Below are positions 1 to 8,160 of a stretch of DNA of 64,000 nucleotides, one piece after another. A program made the position numbers and the translations under genes. The DNA is taken from positions 32,001 through 96,000 of the forward strand of contig JBBRSP010000001.1 of the NCBI GenBank assembly GCA_038245295.1, read 5' to 3'. Numbering within the stretch: position 1 is the stretch's first letter; every line of letters starts with the position of its first letter. Source of the DNA: Candidatus Binatia bacterium (lineage in GTDB: Bacteria > Desulfobacterota > Binatia > HRBIN30). The notes under the pieces were generated by a model, which had not been told where the DNA came from, made no database searches, and saw only the letters and a list, made by a program, of their open reading frames with translations.

Positions 1-2741
1 CCGATGGGGATGGCCTCGAAGTTTTGGCCGCTCAGAGAATTGGTGAGATTGGCAAAGGTGAGTTTCCCGGGTTGGCAGGCTCCGCCCGAAAGGGCTGCGG
101 CGGTTGCGGTAACGGCCGCTGCGGTCGGGGGGAGTGGATCGAACAGCCAATCCGAGCCGCAAGAGGCGGCCGCGGGCAGGCGGGCGATGAGACCGACACG
201 GTACTGGAGTATGTACGCCGCATCGATAGCCGACAAGGTTCCGCTGGCGTTCACATCGCAGCCGAGCAGTGCTTCAGGGGACAGGGATCGCGCTCCGACG
301 GTGGCCTCGAGGGCGTAGGCCGCGTCGATCGCCGAAACGCTGGTGGCGACTCCACCCGTTTTGCTAGGTGTCAGGACCCAGCTGCCGTTCGGGACGCCCG
401 GCAGGGTGAAAGTTCCGGACTGGTCCGACGACGCTTGCAACGCCGGGGGTTGGCCCGCGGCATTTGCAAGCGAAAGAAGTGTTTGAGGTATGCCGCCGCG
501 GCTCGCGAAGTGTACTACGCTGCCCGAAACGGTCAGGCCGGCCGGCACGCCTGAAGCGCCCACTTCCCGAATCCGATAACTGTCGGCCTGGGAAACAAAG
601 AGGTTCCCCGAATCATCAACGGCAATGCCGGTGGGACGGACCAGGCTAGCAGACGTAGCCGCTCCGCCATCGCCCGAGTTGCCCGTAGCTCCCATGCCAG
701 CGACCGTCGTGATGACCCCGGTAGTAGCGTCGACTCGGCGGATACGCCGATTGTCGGCGTCGGCGATGAACAGGTTCCCGACCGTGTCGACGGCCAGTCG
801 GAACGGGTAGTTCAAGGCGGCGGCAGCTGCCGGGCCGCCGTCGCCGCTGTACCCGGGCCAGCCTATTCCGGCGTATCGATCGATCGTGCCGTTGCGAACG
901 CGGCGCACGGAGTGATTCGAATAGTCAGCGATGAAAAGGGTTCCGTCGGCCGTGATCGCCACATCCGTTGGTGACGACAAACTCGCCGCGGTGGCAGGGC
1001 CGTTGTCGCCGGTATTTCCCCAACTGCCCGACCCGGCGACCGTCGAGATGATTCCCCCCGGTGTGATTTTCCTTACTCGGCTATTGGCGAAGTCAGCGAC
1101 GTAAACGTTGCCGGTGGCGTCAACCTCGACGCCGTAGGGAAAGGCCAGCTGGGCGTTTACCGCGGCGCCATTGTCGCCCCCGAATCCGTAGACGCCGTTG
1201 CCGGCGTAAGTCGTGATTGTACCGGAGGTACTGACTTTGCGGATCCGATTATTGAGGGTGTCGGCGATCCACACCGTCCCATCGGCGGCATTGGTGACGT
1301 CGAGTGGGTTGTTCAGTGAAGCCGCCGTGGCGGGCCCCCCGTCGCCGGAGAAGCCGCCGGTACCATTGCCGGCAATCGTTGAGATCAGGCCGCTGGTGCG
1401 GTCGACCTTGCGGACACGGTGCCCGGCACTATCGCCCAGGTAGAGATCATGGCTCGAAGCGGCACGACTTGCCTCCACGCCGTTGGGCTCGACGATGGCA
1501 TTCAGTGCCTGGCCACCGTCACCGTTGCTTCCGCCGATCGCCGTGCTGATGATGCCCGACGAATTTACTAGGCGAACGCGATTGTCGGCGCTAGGAACCG
1601 AACTGGTGGTGACACCCAGGTAGACATTGCTGGACGAGTCGGAGGCAACCGCATTCAGTCGCCAAAGGGTTGCTTGCGTCGCCGGGCCGCCGTCTCCTGA
1701 AGAACCGGTTTGGCCGTTCCCGGCGATAGTCGAGATTATCCCGTTGGCTGTGACGACGCCACTGGTGGCCTGGATTCGGCGGACGATGTTGTTTCCAGAA
1801 TCGGCGATCAACAGATTGCCAGATGGGTCAAACGCGATCCGATATGGAAGATTGAGGCGGGCTGAAAATGCTGGTCCGCCCGACCCACCAATTCCGGCAT
1901 AGCCGTCCCCGGCGATCGTCGAGATTACACCGCTCGTATCCACCCGGCGGATACGTTGGTTGTTGTAGTCGGCGATATAGAGGTTGCCGGAGCTGTCGAT
2001 GGCCAGCCCCGAGGGACTCGCCAGTGTAGCGCTGGTCGCCGGCCCGCCATCGCCGCTAAAGCCCCAAGCTCCGGTACCAGCGACTCGCGAGATGACACCC
2101 GCGGTGCTCACTTTGCGGACGACATTGCCGTTGAACTCAACGACGTAGAGACTACCCGCCGGATGAACGGCGAGTCCGCGGGGCGCTGCGAGACTCGCGG
2201 CGGTTGCCGCCGCACCGTCGCCAGATGTTGAGAGCTGCCCGTTCCCGGCGATGGTCGAGATAAGGCCGCTGGGAGCAATGTGTCGGATCCGATTATTTCC
2301 CGTGTCCGCGAAGGTGACACTTCCATCGGCGCCTGCCACTACGTCGGTTGGAAAGGAAAGTTGGGCCGCCGTCGCCGGTCCGCCATCGCCGCTGAATCCG
2401 GCCGATCCGGTGCCGGCGATGGTGCTGACGCCGTTAGCAGTCCCTAGCGTGATCTTACGTACGAGATTGTTCTGTCCATCGGCGATGTATACCAGGCGCG
2501 CACCATCCGCCGTGACACGAACGGCAATCCCACGTGGGTTAATGATGGCCTGCGGCGCAGCCTCGCCGTCGCCAAAGCCAGACCCGACAACGGATTGAAT
2601 CACTCCGGCAGCCGGGTCGGTTGCGGCCGCGGAGGAGGGGCCGAAGCACACCAGGATCAGGCCGCACCCGAGCGCTGCGAGCCGTCCACCAAATAAACGA
2701 AACGGGGAAGCCCGCTCGACTCGATCTACGATACGACGCAT
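1..2741 (-). CDS. Secreted NHL-repeat (teneurin-like beta-propeller) protein with carboxypeptidase-regulatory-like and dockerin-like domains; runs off the left edge
   Basis: Absent from the ORF track because no stop lies in the window. Hand translation from ATG 2741: MRRIVDRVERASPFRLFGGRLAALGCGLILVCFGPSSAAA (signal peptide), about a dozen repeats like ISTIAGNG..GFSGDGGPATAASL..P.G(L/I)AVD..GNLYIAD..N.RIR, then ..SDQSGTFTLPGVPNGSWVLTPSK and GCDVNASGTLSAIDAAYILQYRVG. Confidence 0.85.
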   Translation of the reverse strand, partial: MRRIVDRVERASPFRLFGGRLAALGCGLILVCFGPSSAAATDPAAGVIQSVVGSGFGDGEAAPQAIINPRGIAVRVTADGARLVYIADGQNNLVRKITLGTANGVSTIAGTGSAGFSGDGGPATAAQLSFPTDVVAGADGSVTFADTGNNRIRHIAPSGLISTIAGNGQLSTSGDGAAATAASLAAPRGLAVHPAGSLYVVEFNGNVVRKVSTAGVISRVAGTGAWGFSGDGGPATSATLASPSGLAIDSSGNLYIADYNNQRIRRVDTSGVISTIAGDGYAGIGGSGGPAFSARLNLPYRIAFDPSGNLLIADSGNNIVRRIQATSGVVTANGIISTIAGNGQTGSSGDGGPATQATLWRLNAVASDSSSNVYLGVTTSSVPSADNRVRLVNSSGIISTAIGGSNGDGGQALNAIVEPNGVEASRAASSHDLYLGDSAGHRVRKVDRTSGLISTIAGNGTGGFSGDGGPATAASLNNPLDVTNAADGTVWIADTLNNRIRKVSTSGTITTYAGNGVYGFGGDNGAAVNAQLAFPYGVEVDATGNVYVADFANSRVRKITPGGIISTVAGSGSWGNTGDNGPATAASLSSPTDVAITADGTLFIADYSNHSVRRVRNGTIDRYAGIGWPGYSGDGGPAAAAALNYPFRLAVDTVGNLFIADADNRRIRRVDATTGVITTVAGMGATGNSGDGGAATSASLVRPTGIAVDDSGNLFVSQADSYRIREVGASGVPAGLTVSGSVVHFASRGGIPQTLLSLANAAGQPPALQASSDQSGTFTLPGVPNGSWVLTPSKTGGVATSVSAIDAAYALEATVGARSLSPEALLGCDVNASGTLSAIDAAYILQYRVGLIARLPAAASCGSDWLFDPLPPTAAAVTATAAALSGGACQPGKLTFANLTNSLSGQNFEAIPI

Positions 2742-2995
2742 ACGTGTTAGTGCATCGAAGCATCTGCGATTCGCTGGCGGATTGCAAGTCATTCTCTTTT
2801 TGCAAACGATCAGCGGATTGGTTGCGGCGTTCTCTCGGCGAGGCCTCCCTGCGCGGCACCGAGTTGGACCCTGGAATGTCAGAAATAGTTGGCTTTTGAT
2901 TGACACTTGAAAAGGCTCGTGGTACCTCGCCCGGGATGTCGTACTTCGACAAGCAGGAGTGCGCCTTAGCAACTGCGGACTGGTGGGGAGTGTTA

Positions 2996-4246
2996 ATGGA
3001 CGGGATGTCGAAGCGGAGGGTCGGATACGTGGCCTCAAAAATTACCAACTATATTGCGATGACTGGTGTGCTAGCCGTCGTTGGGGCGGGATCCGCTGAA
3101 GCGCAACTCAATCTCGGCCTGAATCAACGTTCTGCGGATGGAACAGTGTACGAGGTTGTTGCCGTCAACAATGTCGTGCCTCTGACTGCCGGTGCAGAAG
3201 TTGTCCGGGTGACCTCGATTGCCGGCTCCGTTAACGGCGCCCAAGCATGCTCAAACACAAGTGGTGGCTCTGGCCTGCCAACCTCAGCTCTGGCTGGTCC
3301 TGATCCTTCAATCCCTCAGTTGCTCCAACCGATCTCCTCGGTGCAACGCACAGGGATTCTGATGCCCGACAACTTTACTGTGTCGTTCAACCCTTCAGGG
3401 TCGGGACGGCTGACGATCGGTGGCGGAACACAGTTCGACATCTGCTTGGATTCGGCGAATTGCGTCGGCGGAGCGGGAGACGCTCCTGTGGTGAGTATGC
3501 TCTCGAATGCTGGCGGGATTCCCGCTGCCTGCACCGGGACTGCAATCGCTAGCTGCTTCGGAGCAACCCGCTCGGCCTTCGGGTTCGGGATCCCTGGTGA
3601 TGGAACTGCCGCCAATAACTGCATCCCGACCAGCGATATGGTGAACAACCCTATGGGGTTACGGATCACGGCCGACACAACGGTGTGTGCCCCGACTCCA
3701 GCTGACGGATTCACCGTGGGACCCGGCCAGTTGGTGGTGTTCATTTACTCGGGGATGTTGTCGATGTCCGGATTCACGGTTGGCGCCGGCGGGTTTGGTG
3801 TGAGCACCGATGCCGTCAACAATCCCGGCTGTCCCGCCAACACTGTGATCACGTCGGATGCGCAGGCGCCGAGTGCGCCGCCGCTCCCGCCGCCAACAAT
3901 CACCGCGACGCCGACCGTGACGCCGACGAACACGCCGACCAATACACCGACGAGAACGCCGACGAACACGCCGACGAGCACGCCGACCAATACACCGTCG
4001 AACACGCCGACGAGCTCCTCGACGCCGACCAACACGGCGACGCGCACGCCAACTAACACGCCCACGCCGACGAATACCCCGACGCGGACAGCAACTCTAA
4101 CGCCGACGATTCCGCCGACGCCTACGGCGCCGCCGATTCCTCTTATCCCATCGCCGGCATCACCGTCCGGGGCGCTCTTGATTGGTGGCCTTGGTGTATC
4201 GATCGCCTGGATGTTGCGTCGCGCCGCGAAAAGCGGCGCTCGATAA
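2996..4246 (+). CDS. Secreted Cys-rich surface protein with Pro/Thr stalk and C-terminal TM sorting signal (paralog 1)
   Basis: GGGGAG RBS before ATG 2996; signal peptide ending AEA|Q; TPTN repeats; ends [38 protein letters not shown]. Confidence 0.85.
   Translation: MDGMSKRRVGYVASKITNYIAMTGVLAVVGAGSAEAQLNLGLNQRSADGTVYEVVAVNNVVPLTAGAEVVRVTSIAGSVNGAQACSNTSGGSGLPTSALAGPDPSIPQLLQPISSVQRTGILMPDNFTVSFNPSGSGRLTIGGGTQFDICLDSANCVGGAGDAPVVSMLSNAGGIPAACTGTAIASCFGATRSAFGFGIPGDGTAANNCIPTSDMVNNPMGLRITADTTVCAPTPADGFTVGPGQLVVFIYSGMLSMSGFTVGAGGFGVSTDAVNNPGCPANTVITSDAQAPSAPPLPPPTITATPTVTPTNTPTNTPTRTPTNTPTSTPTNTPSNTPTSSSTPTNTATRTPTNTPTPTNTPTRTATLTPTIPPTPTAPPIPLIPSPASPSGALLIGGLGVSIAWMLRRAAKSGAR
3900..4128 (+). 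repeat. Imperfect 12-nt coding tandem repeat (ACGCCGAC(C/G)AA(C/T); TPTN)
   Basis: Direct reading of repeat units inside paralog 1. Confidence 0.85.
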
Positions 4247-4273
4247 AACACAACGTCTTTTCATGAATTGCCC

Positions 4274-4306
4274 AGGGGGGAGTCTCGGACTCCCCCCTTT
4301 CTTTTT
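4274..4306 (+). terminator. Rho-independent terminator
   Basis: AGGGGGGAGTC-TCG-GACTCCCCCCT followed by TTCTTTTT. Confidence 0.85.
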
Positions 4307-4427
4307 GTCGACGAGCTATTTGGGGTTGACTAGCTCGCGAATTTGCTTGATGTTTGCGACGTTTCACGCCACTCACAGTTGGCGTGATGAGGATGGGCCG
4401 GTCGGATAGCAAAGAGGGGAAGAGCGA

Positions 4428-5876
4428 ATGAGAGTGGAGACGTTTGCAGCAAGGGCCGTTCAGGGCGGCGTGATCGCGCTGGTGCTAGCGTTTGCGTTAC
4501 CTCAAGGCGCTAGCGCACAATTCTCACTGGGGCTTTCTCAGCGTGCTGCGGACGGTACGGTCTACCAGGTTATCTCCGTCGCAAACTCGCCTCTCTCCTC
4601 CGGTGCGGACGAGATGCGCGTCCTGACCGTGGCTGGAGCGACGGGCGGGCTATCTGGATGCTCGCAGATCGGCGCCACGTCAGGACAACCTGTGTCGGCC
4701 CTGGTTGGCGCCAACGTCAATGCCGGACAAGTGCAGCGCCCGCTGGTGGATATAACCCGTACCAGTGTCATCACGCCAGCCAACTTCAACGTTACCTTCA
4801 ATTCCAATAATAGTGGGCGCCTCACAATCGGTGGCATCGATATCTGTCGAGATGCGGGAAACTGCGCCGGTGGCGCTGGAGACGCCCCGATCTTTACGCT
4901 GGACGACATGACCGACCCGCTCGTTGGCCAGGCGTGCCTGGCGACTACGACAACCGCGACCTGCCTCGGCGTGGCAACGCGTTCGCAGTTGGGATTTGGG
5001 CTGATGCGTGACGGCTCAGGGAATTGTCTACAGAATCCAACAGCCGACTCGACCGTGTGTGGGCCGCGGCCCAGTGACGGGTTCACGGTTGGTAAAGGTC
5101 AGATCATCGTCTTCATCTACGACGGCAGCCTCGGCATGTCGGGGTTCACCAACGGTATTGCCGGTTTCGGTATCGATACGGACTTGGTTAACATTCCACA
5201 GTGCATGAACTTCCTGGCGGGATCGATTGTGACTGCCGACGAGCAGAATCCGAGTGCGCCGGCCCTGCCGCCACCCACTGAAACGCCGACCCCGACACGT
5301 ACGAATACGCCGACCAACACGCCGAGTTCGACGCCGACAACCACCCCGACGAACACGCCGACGGTGACGCCGACCAACACGCCAACCAACACGCCAACAA
5401 GGACGCCAACGAACACCCCGACGAATACGCCGACGAATACGCCGACGAACACGCCATCGCCAACCAACACGCCGACCAACACGCCGACCAACACGCCGAC
5501 AAATACACCGACGAATACGCCGACACGAACCTCGACGCCGACGAATACGCCGACGAATACGCCGACAAGCACCCCAACGCCGACGAATACGCCGACCTAC
5601 ACGCCGACCAACACCCCGACCAACACGCCGACCAACACCCCGACGCCAACCGCCACGCCGACGCAAACGCCGACCAACACGCCGACGGACACCCCAACAC
5701 CGACGAGTACGCCGACGAGCACGCCGACCCTGACGCCGACGATTACCCCAACACCCACTGCGCCACCGATTCCTCTCATCCCAAGCCCCGCCTCGCCTGC
5801 GGGAGCGGCCCTGGTTGGAGGATTGGCCCTCTCTATAGGGTGGATGTTGCGACGCGCTGGGCGGCACCTGGACTGA
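4428..5876 (+). CDS. Secreted Cys-rich surface protein with long Pro/Thr stalk and C-terminal TM sorting signal (paralog 2)
   Basis: Signal peptide ASA|Q; N-domain clearly homologous to paralog 1 ([18 protein letters not shown] vs QLNLGLNQRSADGTVYEV); ends [37 protein letters not shown]. Confidence 0.9.
   Translation: MRVETFAARAVQGGVIALVLAFALPQGASAQFSLGLSQRAADGTVYQVISVANSPLSSGADEMRVLTVAGATGGLSGCSQIGATSGQPVSALVGANVNAGQVQRPLVDITRTSVITPANFNVTFNSNNSGRLTIGGIDICRDAGNCAGGAGDAPIFTLDDMTDPLVGQACLATTTTATCLGVATRSQLGFGLMRDGSGNCLQNPTADSTVCGPRPSDGFTVGKGQIIVFIYDGSLGMSGFTNGIAGFGIDTDLVNIPQCMNFLAGSIVTADEQNPSAPALPPPTETPTPTRTNTPTNTPSSTPTTTPTNTPTVTPTNTPTNTPTRTPTNTPTNTPTNTPTNTPSPTNTPTNTPTNTPTNTPTNTPTRTSTPTNTPTNTPTSTPTPTNTPTYTPTNTPTNTPTNTPTPTATPTQTPTNTPTDTPTPTSTPTSTPTLTPTITPTPTAPPIPLIPSPASPAGAALVGGLALSIGWMLRRAGRHLD
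5275..5760 (+). repeat. Imperfect 12-nt coding tandem repeat array (TPTN)n
   Basis: Many ACGCCGACCAAC / ACGCCGACGAAT units. Confidence 0.9.
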
Positions 5877-5896
5877 TCTGATAGCTTCGTGTCTTC

Positions 5897-5937
5897 AACG
5901 GCGGGCGTCCCTAGGGATGCCCGCCGTTTCTCTTTCT
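5897..5937 (+). terminator. Rho-independent terminator
   Basis: AACGGCGGGCGTCCC/GGGATGCCCGCCGTT inverted repeat then TCTCTTTCT. Confidence 0.8.
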
Positions 5938-6040
5938 GGAGTCCACGGACCTAAAAGGATGCCATTTTACGTTCCGGAGAGACCCGCAAGTCGTTGAGGG
6001 AGTGGTCGGGTATATGAGCGGCGGGGGGGGGGGACTCGTT

Positions 6041-6072
6041 AGACAGGGCGCCGCCAAACGCGCGCCCTGTCT
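6041..6072. terminator. Hairpin just downstream of the HTH gene (probable terminator)
   Basis: AGACAGGGCGC...GCGCCCTGTCT inverted repeat. Confidence 0.5.
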
Positions 6073-6083
6073 CGTTGTTTCGA

Positions 6084-7052
6084 CTAGGATGAAACTGCCG
6101 CGGCGTGTGCCGGCGACTCTCGGTCAGCGAGAATCCGGCGCAGATGCTGGATACTGATCTTATCGACGACGCGGTCTCTAATCAGGGCCGCGCGCAGAGC
6201 ACGCAATGACCACGTATTTCGCTGGATCCCGACATCGCTGGGTGACCGGCCAGCGTACGTGGCAATGGCAAGACGTATCTCCGGGGTAAAGACCGTCGGC
6301 GCCACACGCCTTCGCGCCGTTTGCAGCGCCAGGATGCCATGCCGCTGAAAACGTTGCGTCCAACGACGAACGGAATTTCGCCCCACTCCCAGTGCTGTGG
6401 CAATTTCCGTTTCATTCAAGCCCGCGGATCGTGCCAGGACAATGCGCGCCCGGCGACCGACTTCGACGTTGAGATGCTGCGTGAGATTTTCAAGCCCCTG
6501 ACGAACTTCATCTGACAGAACGACGCCTTTTGATCCGTCGCGCTGCCAGTACTGCTCAGGGAGAGGTAGTGGCCGGACCAGTTGCCTGAGGGTTTCGACG
6601 CTGATGTTACGGACCACGCCACGACGCACCAAGTGGGTTCGAAGTCGGCGGAGCGACCAATTTGAAAACGATTCGCCGACCTCGATTGGCGACGACATCG
6701 CTACACGTGCCACCGCATCTTGGATTGTGTCGTTGAAGCGGCGCTTCCTTGCCTTCCCGGCCGAGCCGTGAGCTAAGCCAGCGACACCCGAGCGCTGAAA
6801 GCGCGACAGCCAGCGCCGCGCGGTCGCACGATCAATCCCCAAGATGCGTGAAATCTGACTGAGAGAGTTTCCTTCATGTCTCAGAAGGACGATTCGAGCG
6901 TGCCTACTTGTACTGGGTGTGCCCTCGCCAGCCAGCCACTGCAACTCAGCGAAAACACCTGGCAAGATGTGAATCGAAGCTCCCCCGTCCGAGCCGTGGG
7001 TCGACTCGTCGTCTTCTTGAAAGGTCTCGTTGATCGACCCTTCTTTCATCAC
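6084..7052 (-). CDS. Protein of two tandem IS630-type N-terminal HTH/winged-helix modules, no DDE domain
   Basis: Internal duplication: RHARIVLL..G.S..QISRILGI.RATARRW..RFQRSG..GL ... WSLRRL / RRARIVLA..GL.ETEIATALGV.RNSVRRW..RFQRHG..AL ... WSLRAL. Confidence 0.8.
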   Translation of the reverse strand: MMKEGSINETFQEDDESTHGSDGGASIHILPGVFAELQWLAGEGTPSTSRHARIVLLRHEGNSLSQISRILGIDRATARRWLSRFQRSGVAGLAHGSAGKARKRRFNDTIQDAVARVAMSSPIEVGESFSNWSLRRLRTHLVRRGVVRNISVETLRQLVRPLPLPEQYWQRDGSKGVVLSDEVRQGLENLTQHLNVEVGRRARIVLARSAGLNETEIATALGVGRNSVRRWTQRFQRHGILALQTARRRVAPTVFTPEIRLAIATYAGRSPSDVGIQRNTWSLRALRAALIRDRVVDKISIQHLRRILADRESPAHAAAVSS

Positions 7053-7119
7053 AAGCCGTTCTCCCTCATCACCCGGCCACGCTTACTCCGCTCAGCGCCA
7101 GAAGGCAAGCCCATCGCTA

Positions 7120-7269
7120 TCAGACCTCGTCCCAATCCGGGCCTTGGATCTCGGTGCAAGACTTCTCGGCCGTTGCGTTGCGATCTGCGCAGGAACGGAT
7201 CTCTCGAGTGGCGGATACCTGGCCTTCGACTGGGGCGAGATCTGATTCCGGACGTTCCACATTGTGCAT
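7120..7269 (-). CDS. Putative 49-aa small protein MHNVERPESDLAPVEGQVSATREIRSCADRNATAEKSCTEIQGPDWDEV
   Basis: Perfect GAGGAGG RBS (7275-7281) 5 nt before ATG; shorter than any ORF in the track; co-oriented with the HTH gene. Confidence 0.55.
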   Translation of the reverse strand: MHNVERPESDLAPVEGQVSATREIRSCADRNATAEKSCTEIQGPDWDEV

Positions 7270-7298
7270 GCGATCCTCCTCGATGAAGAAGATCTCAT

Positions 7299-7314
7299 TG
7301 CAATCATCTCGCCA
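7299..7314 (-). promoter_or_regulatory. Sigma54 (-24/-12) promoter candidate
   Basis: TGGCGAGATGATTGCA has GG-N10-GC spacing and lies about 30 nt upstream of the small ORF start. Confidence 0.6.
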
Positions 7315-7408
7315 CCAGTCCTAGGCCCACACAGCCTCCCGTTTCAGGGGAGCAGGCTAGATCGGGTGACCTGATATCGGAACACTCATCCGGAACTTGT
7401 GTCGCTTC

Positions 7409-8065
7409 TTATCGTCGGCGCTTGCGTGGGGCGGCCTGCGTTTCCGAGAGTTTGTCGACTACGCTCACCGTCCTCATCGCGGCTCGTTCCGCCGCGGCAC
7501 TCTGCTCAGCTGCCTGGTCAGCGGCGACCGTTGCTCGATCTGCTGCTGCCTCCATCCGCGCGATGATGGCATCCAAGTTCGACTCGGGCGCCGGCCTCAG
7601 GGGTGGTGCAGCCGATACTGTTTCGGCCGGAGCGGCCGGCTCGGCTTCCGCCGGTGGAGCTAGGGCTGCTTCGATCTGCAGGCGCTTTGCGCCGGGTATG
7701 CCACCCTGGAACTTCAGCGCACCTAAGTCGCTAGCTGCAGGGATAGCGGGGAGGCGCCCGAAGTCGGCCTCGATGTTCCGGTGGAGGTAGTAAACGCGAA
7801 CCTCGTACGTTTCCCACGGCCAATCGGGTGTGATCTCTTGAATCTCGGCAAAATTGGGTTGTCCGTAAAGCTCAAGATACTCTCTTAGGTCAGCGTTCTT
7901 GGCTGCTTCTGCGTCAAGGGTCGCATTGGAGATGGAGTAGGCTTCGCCGACTTCAATGATGTAGGGCCGCCGAGCCGTCCGTTCGCGTCGCACATCGGCG
8001 TGGCCTGGCACTGCGGCGAAGGCGCTTAACGCGAATACAATCAACGCGACAATGGGTTTTGACAT
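7409..8065 (-). CDS. Secreted hypothetical protein with Ala-rich coiled-coil C-terminus
   Basis: GGGAGGA RBS, MSKPIVALIVFALSAFAAVPGHA signal peptide. Confidence 0.7.
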   Translation of the reverse strand: MSKPIVALIVFALSAFAAVPGHADVRRERTARRPYIIEVGEAYSISNATLDAEAAKNADLREYLELYGQPNFAEIQEITPDWPWETYEVRVYYLHRNIEADFGRLPAIPAASDLGALKFQGGIPGAKRLQIEAALAPPAEAEPAAPAETVSAAPPLRPAPESNLDAIIARMEAAADRATVAADQAAEQSAAAERAAMRTVSVVDKLSETQAAPRKRRR

Positions 8066-8086
8066 GATGATCCTCCCGGGTACGAG

Positions 8087-8115
8087 AGCGTACGGGAGGC
8101 GGCGTATGTGGTCAA
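8087..8115 (-). promoter_or_regulatory. Sigma70-type promoter
   Basis: TTGACC-N17-TACGCT upstream of ATG 8065. Confidence 0.5.
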
Positions 8116-8160
8116 GCGACATTTGCCGGCGGTGCATGCCCTAGCGTGTTCTGGTAGAAA

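Noticed and set aside
2782..2805. TTGCAA-N12-TTGCAA palindromic pair between divergent surface genes
   Set aside because: It could be an operator, but a single instance cannot be assigned or told apart from promoter elements.
5275..5760. Possible CRISPR or non-coding repeat array
   Set aside because: Units are 12 nt, in frame and without unique spacers; they encode the TPTN stalk.
3316..5867. Antisense ORFs rich in VGV/RR/SAC repeats
   Set aside because: Shadows of the Pro/Thr repeats on the opposite strand.
6023..6033. G11 homopolymer as a phase-variation switch
   Set aside because: It lies between convergent gene ends, not in a promoter or CDS, and could be a sequencing artefact.
6084..7052. 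Intact IS630 insertion sequence
   Set aside because: No DDE domain in the ORF or downstream, and no terminal inverted repeats seen.
7092..7307. 71-aa ORF from the track upstream of the HTH gene
   Set aside because: Its start falls inside the sigma54 motif and lacks an RBS; the 49-aa frame has a perfect RBS.
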